In this document: in pieces, positions 16,884 through 24,143 of the stretch | Layout: the number at the start of each line of letters is the position of its first letter | Position numbering within the stretch: position 1 is the stretch's first letter | Assembly (NCBI GenBank): GCA_045631365.1 | Contig: JAZQUQ010000371.1 | Coordinates: 1 to 24,143, forward strand | Length of the DNA stretch: 24,143 bases | Direction: 5' to 3' | Origin: Eubacteriales bacterium | GTDB lineage: Bacteria > Bacillota > Clostridia > Oscillospirales > CAG-272 | Made by a program: the position numbers and the translations under genes | Notes under the pieces: generated by a model | Seen by the model: only the letters and a program-made list of their open reading frames with translations | What the model was told of the DNA's origin: nothing | Databases searched by the model: none

Positions 16884-17981
16884 ATGGCAGAAACATTTTT
16901 TTCAGTAAAACAGATTGCAAGGGAGACTCTTCCCAGACTGATTGATAATCTTGTATTCCCTAACCTGGTGTACAAGGATCTTTCCTCTGCGTTTACCGCG
17001 AAGAGAGGGGATACGGTTGGGGTTCGCAGACCGGTGAAGCTTTGTGCGGAGGAGTTCAATGAGACCTCCGGCGTTTCTCCCGTGGGCTTCGCGGACGACA
17101 CCGTTGACGTGAAGCTTGACAAGATTGCGACCGTGGATATGGAGGTTTCCGCGGTGGAGGCAGCCTGTGATTTTGATTCTCTGACACGACTTTTCATCGA
17201 GCCTGCGGCTGCTGCTCTGGCGGAAAAGATTAACCGCGACGGTCTGGCGCTTTACAAGGACATTCCTTACGTGATGGGTACTGCGGGAACTTCTCCCGAC
17301 GGTCTGGACGATCTGGCGGGGGCAGCCTTTGCTCTGGACACCCTTCGTGTGCCTACCGATGCAAGATGCGCGGTTTGGGATCCCTATACGACCTCCAAGC
17401 TGAAGCAGATTCCTGCTGTGGTGAACGCGGAAAAGTGCGGAAGTGCCAAGGCTCTCCGTACCGGCTCCATCGGCAGAATTTTCGGTGTGGAAAACTATAT
17501 GTCTCAGGGTGTTTGTGATCATGAGACAGAGCTTTCCTCCGCTTCCTTTACGGTGAAGGCTGACGTGGCAGATTCCGATAAAGTGACCATTACTTCTGCT
17601 TCTGCAAACGGCAGTGTGCGTAAGGGGGACATCCTTACCGTGAACGGAAGCACCTATACGGTCACCGCGGATGCGGCTGTTGTGGGCAATGAGGCTGTGG
17701 TTTCCGTTTATCCCAAGATGACGGCAAACGCCAAGGATGCGGTGGTATTCACTCCTTCTCACAAGGCAAACCTGGTGTTCCATCCCAATGCCTTTGCTTT
17801 TGTGACACGTCCTCTTTCTACTCCTGCGGGTGTGGAATCCTATGTTACCACTTACAACGGCATTTCTCTCCGTGTGGTGAGAGGATACAACATGAAGTAC
17901 AAGAAGGAAGTTCTTTCTATGGATATCCTGTACGCCTTCAAGACCATTTATCCCGAACTTGCGGTTCGTTATCTGGCGTGA
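16884..17981 (+). CDS. Major capsid protein, P22 coat-like family
   Basis: IARETLPRLIDNLVF, KRGDTVGVRRP, FIEPAAAALAEKIN, a beta-rich insertion domain, NLVFHPNAFAFVTRPL and SMDILYAFK. ATG 16884 follows AGAAAGGA. Confidence 0.88.
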   Translation: MAETFFSVKQIARETLPRLIDNLVFPNLVYKDLSSAFTAKRGDTVGVRRPVKLCAEEFNETSGVSPVGFADDTVDVKLDKIATVDMEVSAVEAACDFDSLTRLFIEPAAAALAEKINRDGLALYKDIPYVMGTAGTSPDGLDDLAGAAFALDTLRVPTDARCAVWDPYTTSKLKQIPAVVNAEKCGSAKALRTGSIGRIFGVENYMSQGVCDHETELSSASFTVKADVADSDKVTITSASANGSVRKGDILTVNGSTYTVTADAAVVGNEAVVSVYPKMTANAKDAVVFTPSHKANLVFHPNAFAFVTRPLSTPAGVESYVTTYNGISLRVVRGYNMKYKKEVLSMDILYAFKTIYPELAVRYLA

Positions 17982-17982
17982 T

Positions 17983-18339
17983 ATGGATTACGGTTATTAT
18001 TTAAACAAATTCGGCGGAAAATTGATTCCCGAGGAGGATTTCTGCCGTGTGATGGAGGAGGGGAAGGGGATTCTCCTCTCCCTCCTCTTCCCTTTGAGGG
18101 AGGAGGATCTTTCCTCGGGGGACAGAGAGGTGTTCTGCCGTGCGTTATGCTATGAGGCGGAGTATCTCTTCTCGGGAAAGAACGAGGAAGGAACCGTGAA
18201 GTCGGAGAAGGCGGGGGATTATTCCGTTACTTACCGCTCTGTTTCGGACAAGAAGACGGTCAGCGTGTTTGGCAGTGAGGTTTCGCCCGCTGCTTGTCAT
18301 CTTCTCCTTGCATCGGGGTTAATGTTAAGGTGGGTGTGA
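17983..18339 (+). CDS. Head-tail connector (adaptor, gp15-like)
   Basis: YGYYLNKFGGKLIPEEDF N-terminus, ALCYEAEYL and SEKAGDYSVTY; immediately after the coat gene. Confidence 0.75.
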   Translation: MDYGYYLNKFGGKLIPEEDFCRVMEEGKGILLSLLFPLREEDLSSGDREVFCRALCYEAEYLFSGKNEEGTVKSEKAGDYSVTYRSVSDKKTVSVFGSEVSPAACHLLLASGLMLRWV

Positions 18340-18341
18340 GA

Positions 18342-18737
18342 ATGCTTTTGAAGGACAGAGCGACGGTTTTTATGCGGCAGGAGCCTGAAGCCGATCCGTA
18401 CGGGGTGGCGTTCAGACGGTTTGATCTTCGCGGTGTGATGGTTTTTGAAAAACAGGCTGTATCCTTGGATCGTGCGGTGGGGGGAGACCGCGGTGACGGG
18501 GGACGTTGCGTGGTTTATTTCTTTCCTGCCAGAAGCGAGATTGTGGGAAAGAGGCGTGGCGATCCTGCCGATGGGTTCCCTAAGGTGAGTCCCGGGGATC
18601 TTCTTGTGGTGGGGGCTTGCAGAGATCGATTTGACCCTTGTGCCGATGCGGACGGGATTTGCCGCAGGATCGTTTCGGTGGAAAAGAGGACGTGTGGTTC
18701 GGAACGGGTGCATCACATTGTGATTGAGGCAATCTGA
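18342..18737 (+). CDS. Head-closure-like neck protein
   Basis: Beta-rich 131-aa protein with PGDLLVVG and a C-terminal HHIVIEAI; it occupies the position after the adaptor. Confidence 0.6.
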   Translation: MLLKDRATVFMRQEPEADPYGVAFRRFDLRGVMVFEKQAVSLDRAVGGDRGDGGRCVVYFFPARSEIVGKRRGDPADGFPKVSPGDLLVVGACRDRFDPCADADGICRRIVSVEKRTCGSERVHHIVIEAI

Positions 18738-18750
18738 CGGAGGTGTTGAG

Positions 18751-19197
18751 TTGGAAGCTTTATGGGAGATGGTTTGCTCTTATCTGAATGGATTTGAAGG
18801 GAGGATTTGTGATGTTCTTCCTGAGGAGATTGGAAAAAATCGTCCGTGTGCGGGGATTTTCGTGCAGGCGGGGACGAAAGAGAAGGCGTATCTTGACGGA
18901 TCGGTTTGTGTACGGATTCCGTTTATGCTTTGTCTGCGGATGAACGCATATTCCGTGAGGGAGAAGTTGGACGGGGTGGGAAGTCTGATGGGGCTTTTGC
19001 GGTACGTTCGGACTGTTCCTTGCAGAGGGGAGTTTAAAGGAGGACATATTGTGGGAATTCACGGGACGGACATTCCTTATCGATCTGTGGTATTTGACGA
19101 CGGTGGAGAAGAATTCAAGATGAACTTTTCTGTAGACGTGAGGTTGGATTTGGCCGCTCCGGATTTGACGGAAATGGAGGATGTTGATGAACATTGA
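18751..19197 (+). CDS. Tail terminator / minor-capsid-like neck protein
   Basis: TTG start 5 nt after GGAGGTG; KEKAYLDGSVCVRIPFML motif; occupies the third neck position. Confidence 0.6.
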   Translation: MEALWEMVCSYLNGFEGRICDVLPEEIGKNRPCAGIFVQAGTKEKAYLDGSVCVRIPFMLCLRMNAYSVREKLDGVGSLMGLLRYVRTVPCRGEFKGGHIVGIHGTDIPYRSVVFDDGGEEFKMNFSVDVRLDLAAPDLTEMEDVDEH

Positions 19198-19969
19198 GAT
19201 TGTATCGGGGGAGAACGTTCTCACGTTTTCCCCCTCATCTCCCCTTCGTATTCTTGCGGGGGGAATGGTTGGGTTTGACGGAGGGGAGACTCATCTTTCC
19301 TTTGAGGGAAATGCGGGGGGGATGGGGGCTTCTTTGATGGGGTGTTGTTTCCCTGAGAGAGAAATGAAAATTCGGTTTGAAATTGATGCAGTATCTTCCG
19401 AGGACGAGGCGGAATGGATGCGGTGGGTTCAAAAGGCTGCTTCTCCGGGAGAGGCTTGTGTGATCCGTTCCGAGAGGTTTGGCAGGTGGTGTCAGATCGA
19501 GGCTTTTGTGACAAAGGTTTCCTTTGAGCGGGACAAGGTATTTGAACGAATGGAGGGGGAGGTTTGTTTTTCTGCTCCGATCCCCTTCTTTGAGGCTATT
19601 GATGCTGTGACGGGGATGATTTCCGTGGGAAATTTGGGTTCTGACGTGTATAACAGCGGTGATGTATCTTGCGGTGTGCGAGTGGTGATACGTGCTGTTG
19701 GGGGGACGGTGGTGGCGCCTTCCGTGAAACTGGAGGAACGTGTGATTCGGATTACGGAGAGCCTTTCTGATGGGGATGAGCTGGTGATTGATACTCGTTT
19801 TGGTCGAAAAGGAGTATGGATCAACGGAGTGGAGAGTTTCAATTTCGATGGGAAGAGCAGCTTTTTCTCCCTTACGGTGGGGGAAAACAGGGTTTCTGCG
19901 GATGCGGATGAGGGAAAGGAGTTTATGGCGGTATCCTACGAGTTGAAACCGCTGTATTTTGGAATTTGA
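19187..19969 (+). CDS. Distal tail protein (Dit, siphovirus-tail family)
   Basis: PEREMKIRFEI, FSAPIPFF, VYNSGDVSC, GDELVIDT, FFSLTVGENRV and PLYFGI. ATG 19187 follows GGAGG. Confidence 0.8.
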   Translation: MNIEIVSGENVLTFSPSSPLRILAGGMVGFDGGETHLSFEGNAGGMGASLMGCCFPEREMKIRFEIDAVSSEDEAEWMRWVQKAASPGEACVIRSERFGRWCQIEAFVTKVSFERDKVFERMEGEVCFSAPIPFFEAIDAVTGMISVGNLGSDVYNSGDVSCGVRVVIRAVGGTVVAPSVKLEERVIRITESLSDGDELVIDTRFGRKGVWINGVESFNFDGKSSFFSLTVGENRVSADADEGKEFMAVSYELKPLYFGI

Positions 19970-20949
19970 TGGAGTGTTATTTCTTAGACAAGGAGTTATG
20001 TAGGATTACGCCTCCCATTGACACGGTTGTATCGCTTCGATGGAATCTGCGTTTCTACGAATGCGGGAGATTTCGTGCGGTTTTGGCGGCGGATTCAGGG
20101 CTTGCTGCTTCGGTCAAGAAAGCGGAGTATCTTTTGTCCGTGCAGGAAGGAGGAGTTCGCTGCGGCAGGATTGATTCCGTTGAGATTGTAGGGGGAAAGA
20201 TCAAGCTTGAGGGACGGCTGCCGGAGTGTCTTCTTTCGGACCATTTGATTGAGGGAACGTTTCGGCAATCCGGACGGGTCAATGATGCCGTTGTGCGGGC
20301 GGTTTCCGAAAATTGCAGGGAGCTGCCCTTGATTGTAGGGGAAGATTCTGCAGTGATCGATGGCAGCGGTGTTTTTTCGGTTGTTTGGGAGAATTTGGGG
20401 GCTTGGGTTTATCGTGTGCTCAAACCTTACGGCGCTTCTTGCAGAGTGGATTTTGATTCGGAACGAAGTACTTTTGTATTTCGTGTGGTGAATCCCGAAA
20501 GAGAAAGCAGAACGGTGTTTTCCGCTTCATTCGGAAATATTTGGGATGCGGAATATTGTAGGGATTCATCCTCATTAAAAAACAAGGTGTCCATCGAGGG
20601 AAAAGACGGGAAGATGGTTTGTATAGACATATCAAACGGGGCGGCAAAGAAAGAGGTGTATCGAAAGGCGGAGGATCTCAGTTTGGATTTGTTTGAGACA
20701 GTGTCGGAATATGCTGAGGCGTTGGTGATTCGTGCCAAAGAGGTTCTTTCCGGCTATGAATCGGGGACGGTTTTGCGTTTCAAGCTTTCCGGGAAAGAAG
20801 AGCTTCGTTTTGAACGGGATTACCAGATGGGGGATTTTTGCTATGCTGCGGATGAGGAGACGGGAAGGTATGCAAAAGCGAGGATTGTCGGTGCGGATGA
20901 GGTATGGGAAAACGGGGGACGGACGATAAGACTTTCTCTGATGCTTTGA
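19969..20949 (+). CDS. Baseplate hub / Tal-like protein (ReqiPepy6 Gp37-like)
   Basis: SLRWNLRFYECGRF, VFSASFGNI, KEVYRKAED and FERDYQMGDF motifs. TGATG coupling to Dit. No enzymatic C-terminal extension. Confidence 0.75.
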   Translation: MECYFLDKELCRITPPIDTVVSLRWNLRFYECGRFRAVLAADSGLAASVKKAEYLLSVQEGGVRCGRIDSVEIVGGKIKLEGRLPECLLSDHLIEGTFRQSGRVNDAVVRAVSENCRELPLIVGEDSAVIDGSGVFSVVWENLGAWVYRVLKPYGASCRVDFDSERSTFVFRVVNPERESRTVFSASFGNIWDAEYCRDSSSLKNKVSIEGKDGKMVCIDISNGAAKKEVYRKAEDLSLDLFETVSEYAEALVIRAKEVLSGYESGTVLRFKLSGKEELRFERDYQMGDFCYAADEETGRYAKARIVGADEVWENGGRTIRLSLML

Positions 20950-20990
20950 GTTATGTCAAATCGGTGGGGGGAGTTGGTATGGTTCGTAGT

Positions 20991-21026
20991 AAATAAAAAC
21001 CCCCTCCTGCATGAGCAGAAGGGGGT
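20991..21026 (-). terminator. Intrinsic terminator of the discoidin-protein gene
   Basis: ACCCCCTCCTGC-ATGA-GCAGAAGGGGGT stem. Its single C/A mismatch is a G-U pair on the minus strand, and the A-tract at 20991-20999 gives a minus-strand U-tail. Confidence 0.8.
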
Positions 21027-21083
21027 GTGAACCGGATAGGATCAATATCACAGGTTCAATGATTCAGTTTGAGCTGTCAGAGA

Positions 21084-22895
21084 TTACTTTCTCTTCTTTG
21101 TGATTGCGTAGCCTGCTGCGGAAACGATAGCAGCAACAGCGGCGATTACGCCCATATCGAAGGTCTGGGGAGCAACGGGTGTGTCTGTGCCTTCGGTGGG
21201 AGCAGTTGTTTCTGCGGGGATTTCAACTGTTTCTGCAGCGTAGATCTTCATTTCATAAATGCCGAGTTCTGCACAAGGATGATCAAGGGTGGTGTTGATA
21301 ATACGGAAGTATTCGTAAGCGTTTGTGTCGGAGATTGTCTTTGTGAACCAACCTTCCGCATCCTTTGTTTCTGCATTGCCTGCGAATACTGCAAGGTCAA
21401 CCCAGTTGATACCGTCAACGGAGCCCTGGAAGTAGAGATCTTCGGTGATATCATCGGTACCGCGGTTGATCTTTACAGAAGAAACTGCGGTAGCAGCATC
21501 AGCCTTGAGACCAACCCAGAACTGGATACCGTTGTATCTCGGAATTGTGCCGTAGTGTGTGTCGAGATTGCCGTCGAATGCAGATTCTACACCTGCATCT
21601 CTGCCTGTCCAACCGTCGAAGGTTTCACCGCAAACGGGAGTACCGGAGATTTCGGTATCAACAACAGTATTCTTCGCTGCTGCGTAGTAGAGGGGACCCT
21701 CGTACTTGTTGTGTGTAGCGATAACGGGATCAACAGTGAAGGGTTCAGCAGCTGCTGCGGGAGCACCGTAAAGTGCAAGGTCTGCGCAGGAGCTCTGGAG
21801 AGGACCGCTGGATACGTAACGGAAGTAAGTGTAGCCGTTTGTATCGGTAACGGGCTTGCTCACCCAGTCCTGCTTGGAGGGAACGTCGTCGATGGAGTAT
21901 TCAACCAGAGTTCTCCAGTTTACACCGTCGAGAGAACCCTGAACCAGACCGTACTGAATGTCGGTATAGCAGCCTCTCTTGGGGAGGATTCTTACCTCGG
22001 TGAGAGCATGGGGCTCGTCGAACATCATACCAACCCAGCATTCGGGACCTTCCAGAGAGGGGTCGAAGTGAGTTCTGCCGTTGTTGTCGAATGCCTTTTC
22101 GTAAGCAGCCTTGTTCCAGATACCGCCGCCGCCGATGATGGTGCCGGTGAGGGATCCGTCAACAGACGTTGCAGTAGCGTTGCTTCTTACGAGAATGTTG
22201 CGCCCATAGTAGTAAGGAGTTGCAATGTTCTTTGTAGCTGCAATTTCAGCGGTCAGCTCGGTAGCGGGAGCGGGATTACCGTACAGTTCAAGTTCGCCAA
22301 CGCGGTTGTCAACAACACGGTACATGCTGTAGGAACCGCCTGCGCTTACCCAATGGATACTTTCGTCCATTCTTGCACTGTAGCCTGCATCGATGTAACG
22401 CTGATCGGTTACAGTCTGAGGAGTGAAGATGTGGTAGTCGTTGCCGTGAGCGTCCTGGCGCATGATGATAATATCAGCCCAGTTCACGCCGTCGTTGGAG
22501 CCCTGAAGCCAGAAATTGAAGAAATCGCCTGCTTCCAGATTGGGGTTGGGTGCCGCACGGACTTCGGTGAGCTCGTAAGCCTGATCGAGAATCAGACCTG
22601 CCCAACCGAGGTCGAGACCCATGTAATGGGTGTCCTGCTTGCCGTCAAACATGAGGTCTGCGCTGTTTGCACCGTCGCACTGAATGCCCTGTGCGTTCTG
22701 GCTTGTGAAAATGGTACCCTTCAGAAGCTGACCTGTGGTCACTTCGGGCAGCCCTGTGGATGTGGATGCGGGGTATGCGGCTGCGGTGATTTCACCCAGC
22801 TTTACATAGTCGCTGTTTTCTTCCCACGCGGATGCTGTGAGGGATGTGCCTGCAAGCATCAGTCCTGCGAGAAGAAGGGAAAAGAGTTTCTTCAT
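21084..22895 (-). CDS. Secreted surface protein with three discoidin/F5-8 type C (CBM32-like) domains and a PQTFD sorting-like tail
   Basis: Signal peptide MKKLFSLLLAGLMLAGTSLTASA. Three repeats of (A/M)FD(G/N)...TH...W.G...QGS.DG.NW. C-terminus APQTFD, hydrophobic stretch, KKRK. Confidence 0.85.
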   Translation of the reverse strand: MKKLFSLLLAGLMLAGTSLTASAWEENSDYVKLGEITAAAYPASTSTGLPEVTTGQLLKGTIFTSQNAQGIQCDGANSADLMFDGKQDTHYMGLDLGWAGLILDQAYELTEVRAAPNPNLEAGDFFNFWLQGSNDGVNWADIIIMRQDAHGNDYHIFTPQTVTDQRYIDAGYSARMDESIHWVSAGGSYSMYRVVDNRVGELELYGNPAPATELTAEIAATKNIATPYYYGRNILVRSNATATSVDGSLTGTIIGGGGIWNKAAYEKAFDNNGRTHFDPSLEGPECWVGMMFDEPHALTEVRILPKRGCYTDIQYGLVQGSLDGVNWRTLVEYSIDDVPSKQDWVSKPVTDTNGYTYFRYVSSGPLQSSCADLALYGAPAAAAEPFTVDPVIATHNKYEGPLYYAAAKNTVVDTEISGTPVCGETFDGWTGRDAGVESAFDGNLDTHYGTIPRYNGIQFWVGLKADAATAVSSVKINRGTDDITEDLYFQGSVDGINWVDLAVFAGNAETKDAEGWFTKTISDTNAYEYFRIINTTLDHPCAELGIYEMKIYAAETVEIPAETTAPTEGTDTPVAPQTFDMGVIAAVAAIVSAAGYAITKKRK

Positions 22896-22953
22896 AGAAT
22901 GTTTCCTCCGTTTTTTTGCCGATTCGATCGACAGTATATTTTTATACGGATAT

Positions 22954-22982
22954 ATTCTATCACAAATCAGCTATTTTTTCAA
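22954..22982 (-). promoter_or_regulatory. Sigma-A promoter of the 603-aa gene
   Basis: Minus strand TTGAAA, 17 bp, TAGAAT, with an extended -10 TG. Confidence 0.75.
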
Positions 22983-23089
22983 TATGTTTTCCAATTATTT
23001 TTTGCTTCAATATGTACAAAATATTTCAGTATTCTTAGTGAAAATGCTCATAGACTGCCGTTGGAGCATCAGACATGGGGTCCGATACG

Positions 23090-23136
23090 AAAAACTCCCC
23101 TTTCCGCGACGAGAATCCGTGACGAAAAAGGGAGTT
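23090..23136 (-). terminator. Intrinsic terminator of the upstream paralog
   Basis: Long stem 23093-23136 whose three C/A mismatches are G-U pairs on the minus strand; A5 at 23090-23094 gives the U-tail. Confidence 0.7.
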
Positions 23137-23166
23137 CTGTTATATCAATGGGTCAAATCAGAGGAA

Positions 23167-24143
23167 TTACTTTCTCTTCTTTGCAACTGCATAACCTGCA
23201 GCGGAAACTACAGCAGCAACAGCAGCGATCACGCCTGCGTCGAAGGTCTGAGGAGCTTCAACGGGTGTATCAGAACCTGCAGCGGGTGTATCTGCAGCGG
23301 GAGCCTCAGTTTCTGCGGGAACGTCAACGATTTCAGCCGCGTAGATCTTGATTTCGTCTGCGCTGAGAGAACAGTTGGGGTGATCGGTGGAGGGGTTCAT
23401 CAGACGGAAGTAGGTGTAAACGCCGGTGTCGGTGATTTCTCTTGTGTTCCAGCCGTCGGCATCCATTGCGGTAACATTGTTGTTGATTACGGCAAGGTCA
23501 ACCCAGTCGATGCCGTCAACAGAGCCCTGGAAGAAGATGTCTTCTTCATAGCCGCTCTTATTCAGAATCTTGACGGTGGAAATCGAAGTAGCAGTATCAG
23601 CCTTCAGACCAACCCAGAACTGGTCACCTTCGAATCTCGGAATGGTGCCGTAGTATGTATCGGCATTTCCGTCAAATGCCATTTCAATGGAGCGTCCGTA
23701 GCCAACCCAGCCGTTGTAGCCGAGACCGCAGATGGGATTACCGGAGATTTCATTGTCGACGATGGTGTTCTTGGTTTCGGAAATGTAAAGTTCACCGGTG
23801 TACTTGTACTGGGTAGCGATGATGGGATCTACGGTGAAGGGTTCAGCAGCTTCTGCGGGAGCACCGTAGAAGAGGAGATCCGCAACGGAACTCATTGTAT
23901 CGGTTACGCATACATAACGGAAGTAGTAGTAGCCTTCTGTTATGGGGAATGTCTTGATGACCCAATCCTGCTTTGTGGTGCAGTCTTCGACGGAATATTT
24001 AACCAGCGTCTTCCAGTTTACACCGTCAAGAGAACCCTGAATTTCACAGTGCTGAATGTCGGTGTAGCAGCCTCTCTTGGGGAGAACTCTTACTTCGGTT
24101 AGACCGATGGGTTCATCAAACTTCACGCCCACCCATGTTTCGG
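23167..24143 (-). CDS. Paralogous discoidin-domain surface protein (5' end outside the window)
   Basis: The frame is open to the window edge (...ETWVGVKFDEP). It is co-linear with domains 2-3 of 21084-22895 and has the same APQTFD-TM-KKRK tail. Confidence 0.85.
   Translation of the reverse strand, partial: ETWVGVKFDEPIGLTEVRVLPKRGCYTDIQHCEIQGSLDGVNWKTLVKYSVEDCTTKQDWVIKTFPITEGYYYFRYVCVTDTMSSVADLLFYGAPAEAAEPFTVDPIIATQYKYTGELYISETKNTIVDNEISGNPICGLGYNGWVGYGRSIEMAFDGNADTYYGTIPRFEGDQFWVGLKADTATSISTVKILNKSGYEEDIFFQGSVDGIDWVDLAVINNNVTAMDADGWNTREITDTGVYTYFRLMNPSTDHPNCSLSADEIKIYAAEIVDVPAETEAPAADTPAAGSDTPVEAPQTFDAGVIAAVAAVVSAAGYAVAKKRK

Larger units (their letters stand above)
13315..20949 (+). other. 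Phage-derived virion-assembly operon (10 genes) without recognisable tail tube, tape measure, integrase, replication or lysis genes
   Basis: Ten contiguous co-oriented ORFs with overlapping or short junctions, flanked directly by rplS and a host-type surface-protein gene. Confidence 0.85.

Noticed and set aside
13140-20975. attL/attR search; AAATCG...GGGGAG occurs near both module ends
   Set aside because: Only 6 bp matches with different spacing, which is expected by chance; no integrase or tRNA is present.
21069-24102. 760-aa and 421-aa plus-strand ORFs opposite the discoidin genes
   Set aside because: These are antisense shadows. They run through an AT-rich promoter region and a terminator and have implausible composition.

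Overview
Chromosomal window from a Clostridia-like (Bacillota) bacterium. The taxonomy is inferred from the large Alu-domain SRP RNA-dnaX-ybaB-recR synteny, sigma-A promoters and AGGAGG ribosome-binding sites. The left half is housekeeping: clpX, ffs, dnaX, ybaB, recR, a beta-lactamase-fold serine hydrolase, metF, a 1030-aa surface protein, mscS, a GNAT and rplS. It is interspersed with three inward-facing pairs of a ~50-70 bp hairpin repeat family. The main highlight is 13315-20949, a compact ~7.6 kb phage-derived virion module with intact reading frames: TerS-like, TerL, portal, scaffold, P22-type coat, three neck-type genes, Dit and a Gp37-like hub. It has no recognisable tail tube, tape measure, integrase, replication, fibre or lysis genes, and it sits directly between rplS and two tandem discoidin-domain surface proteins. 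It is a candidate domesticated, GTA-like or tail-less particle system. All family assignments come from motif recognition by eye; no database searches were run.
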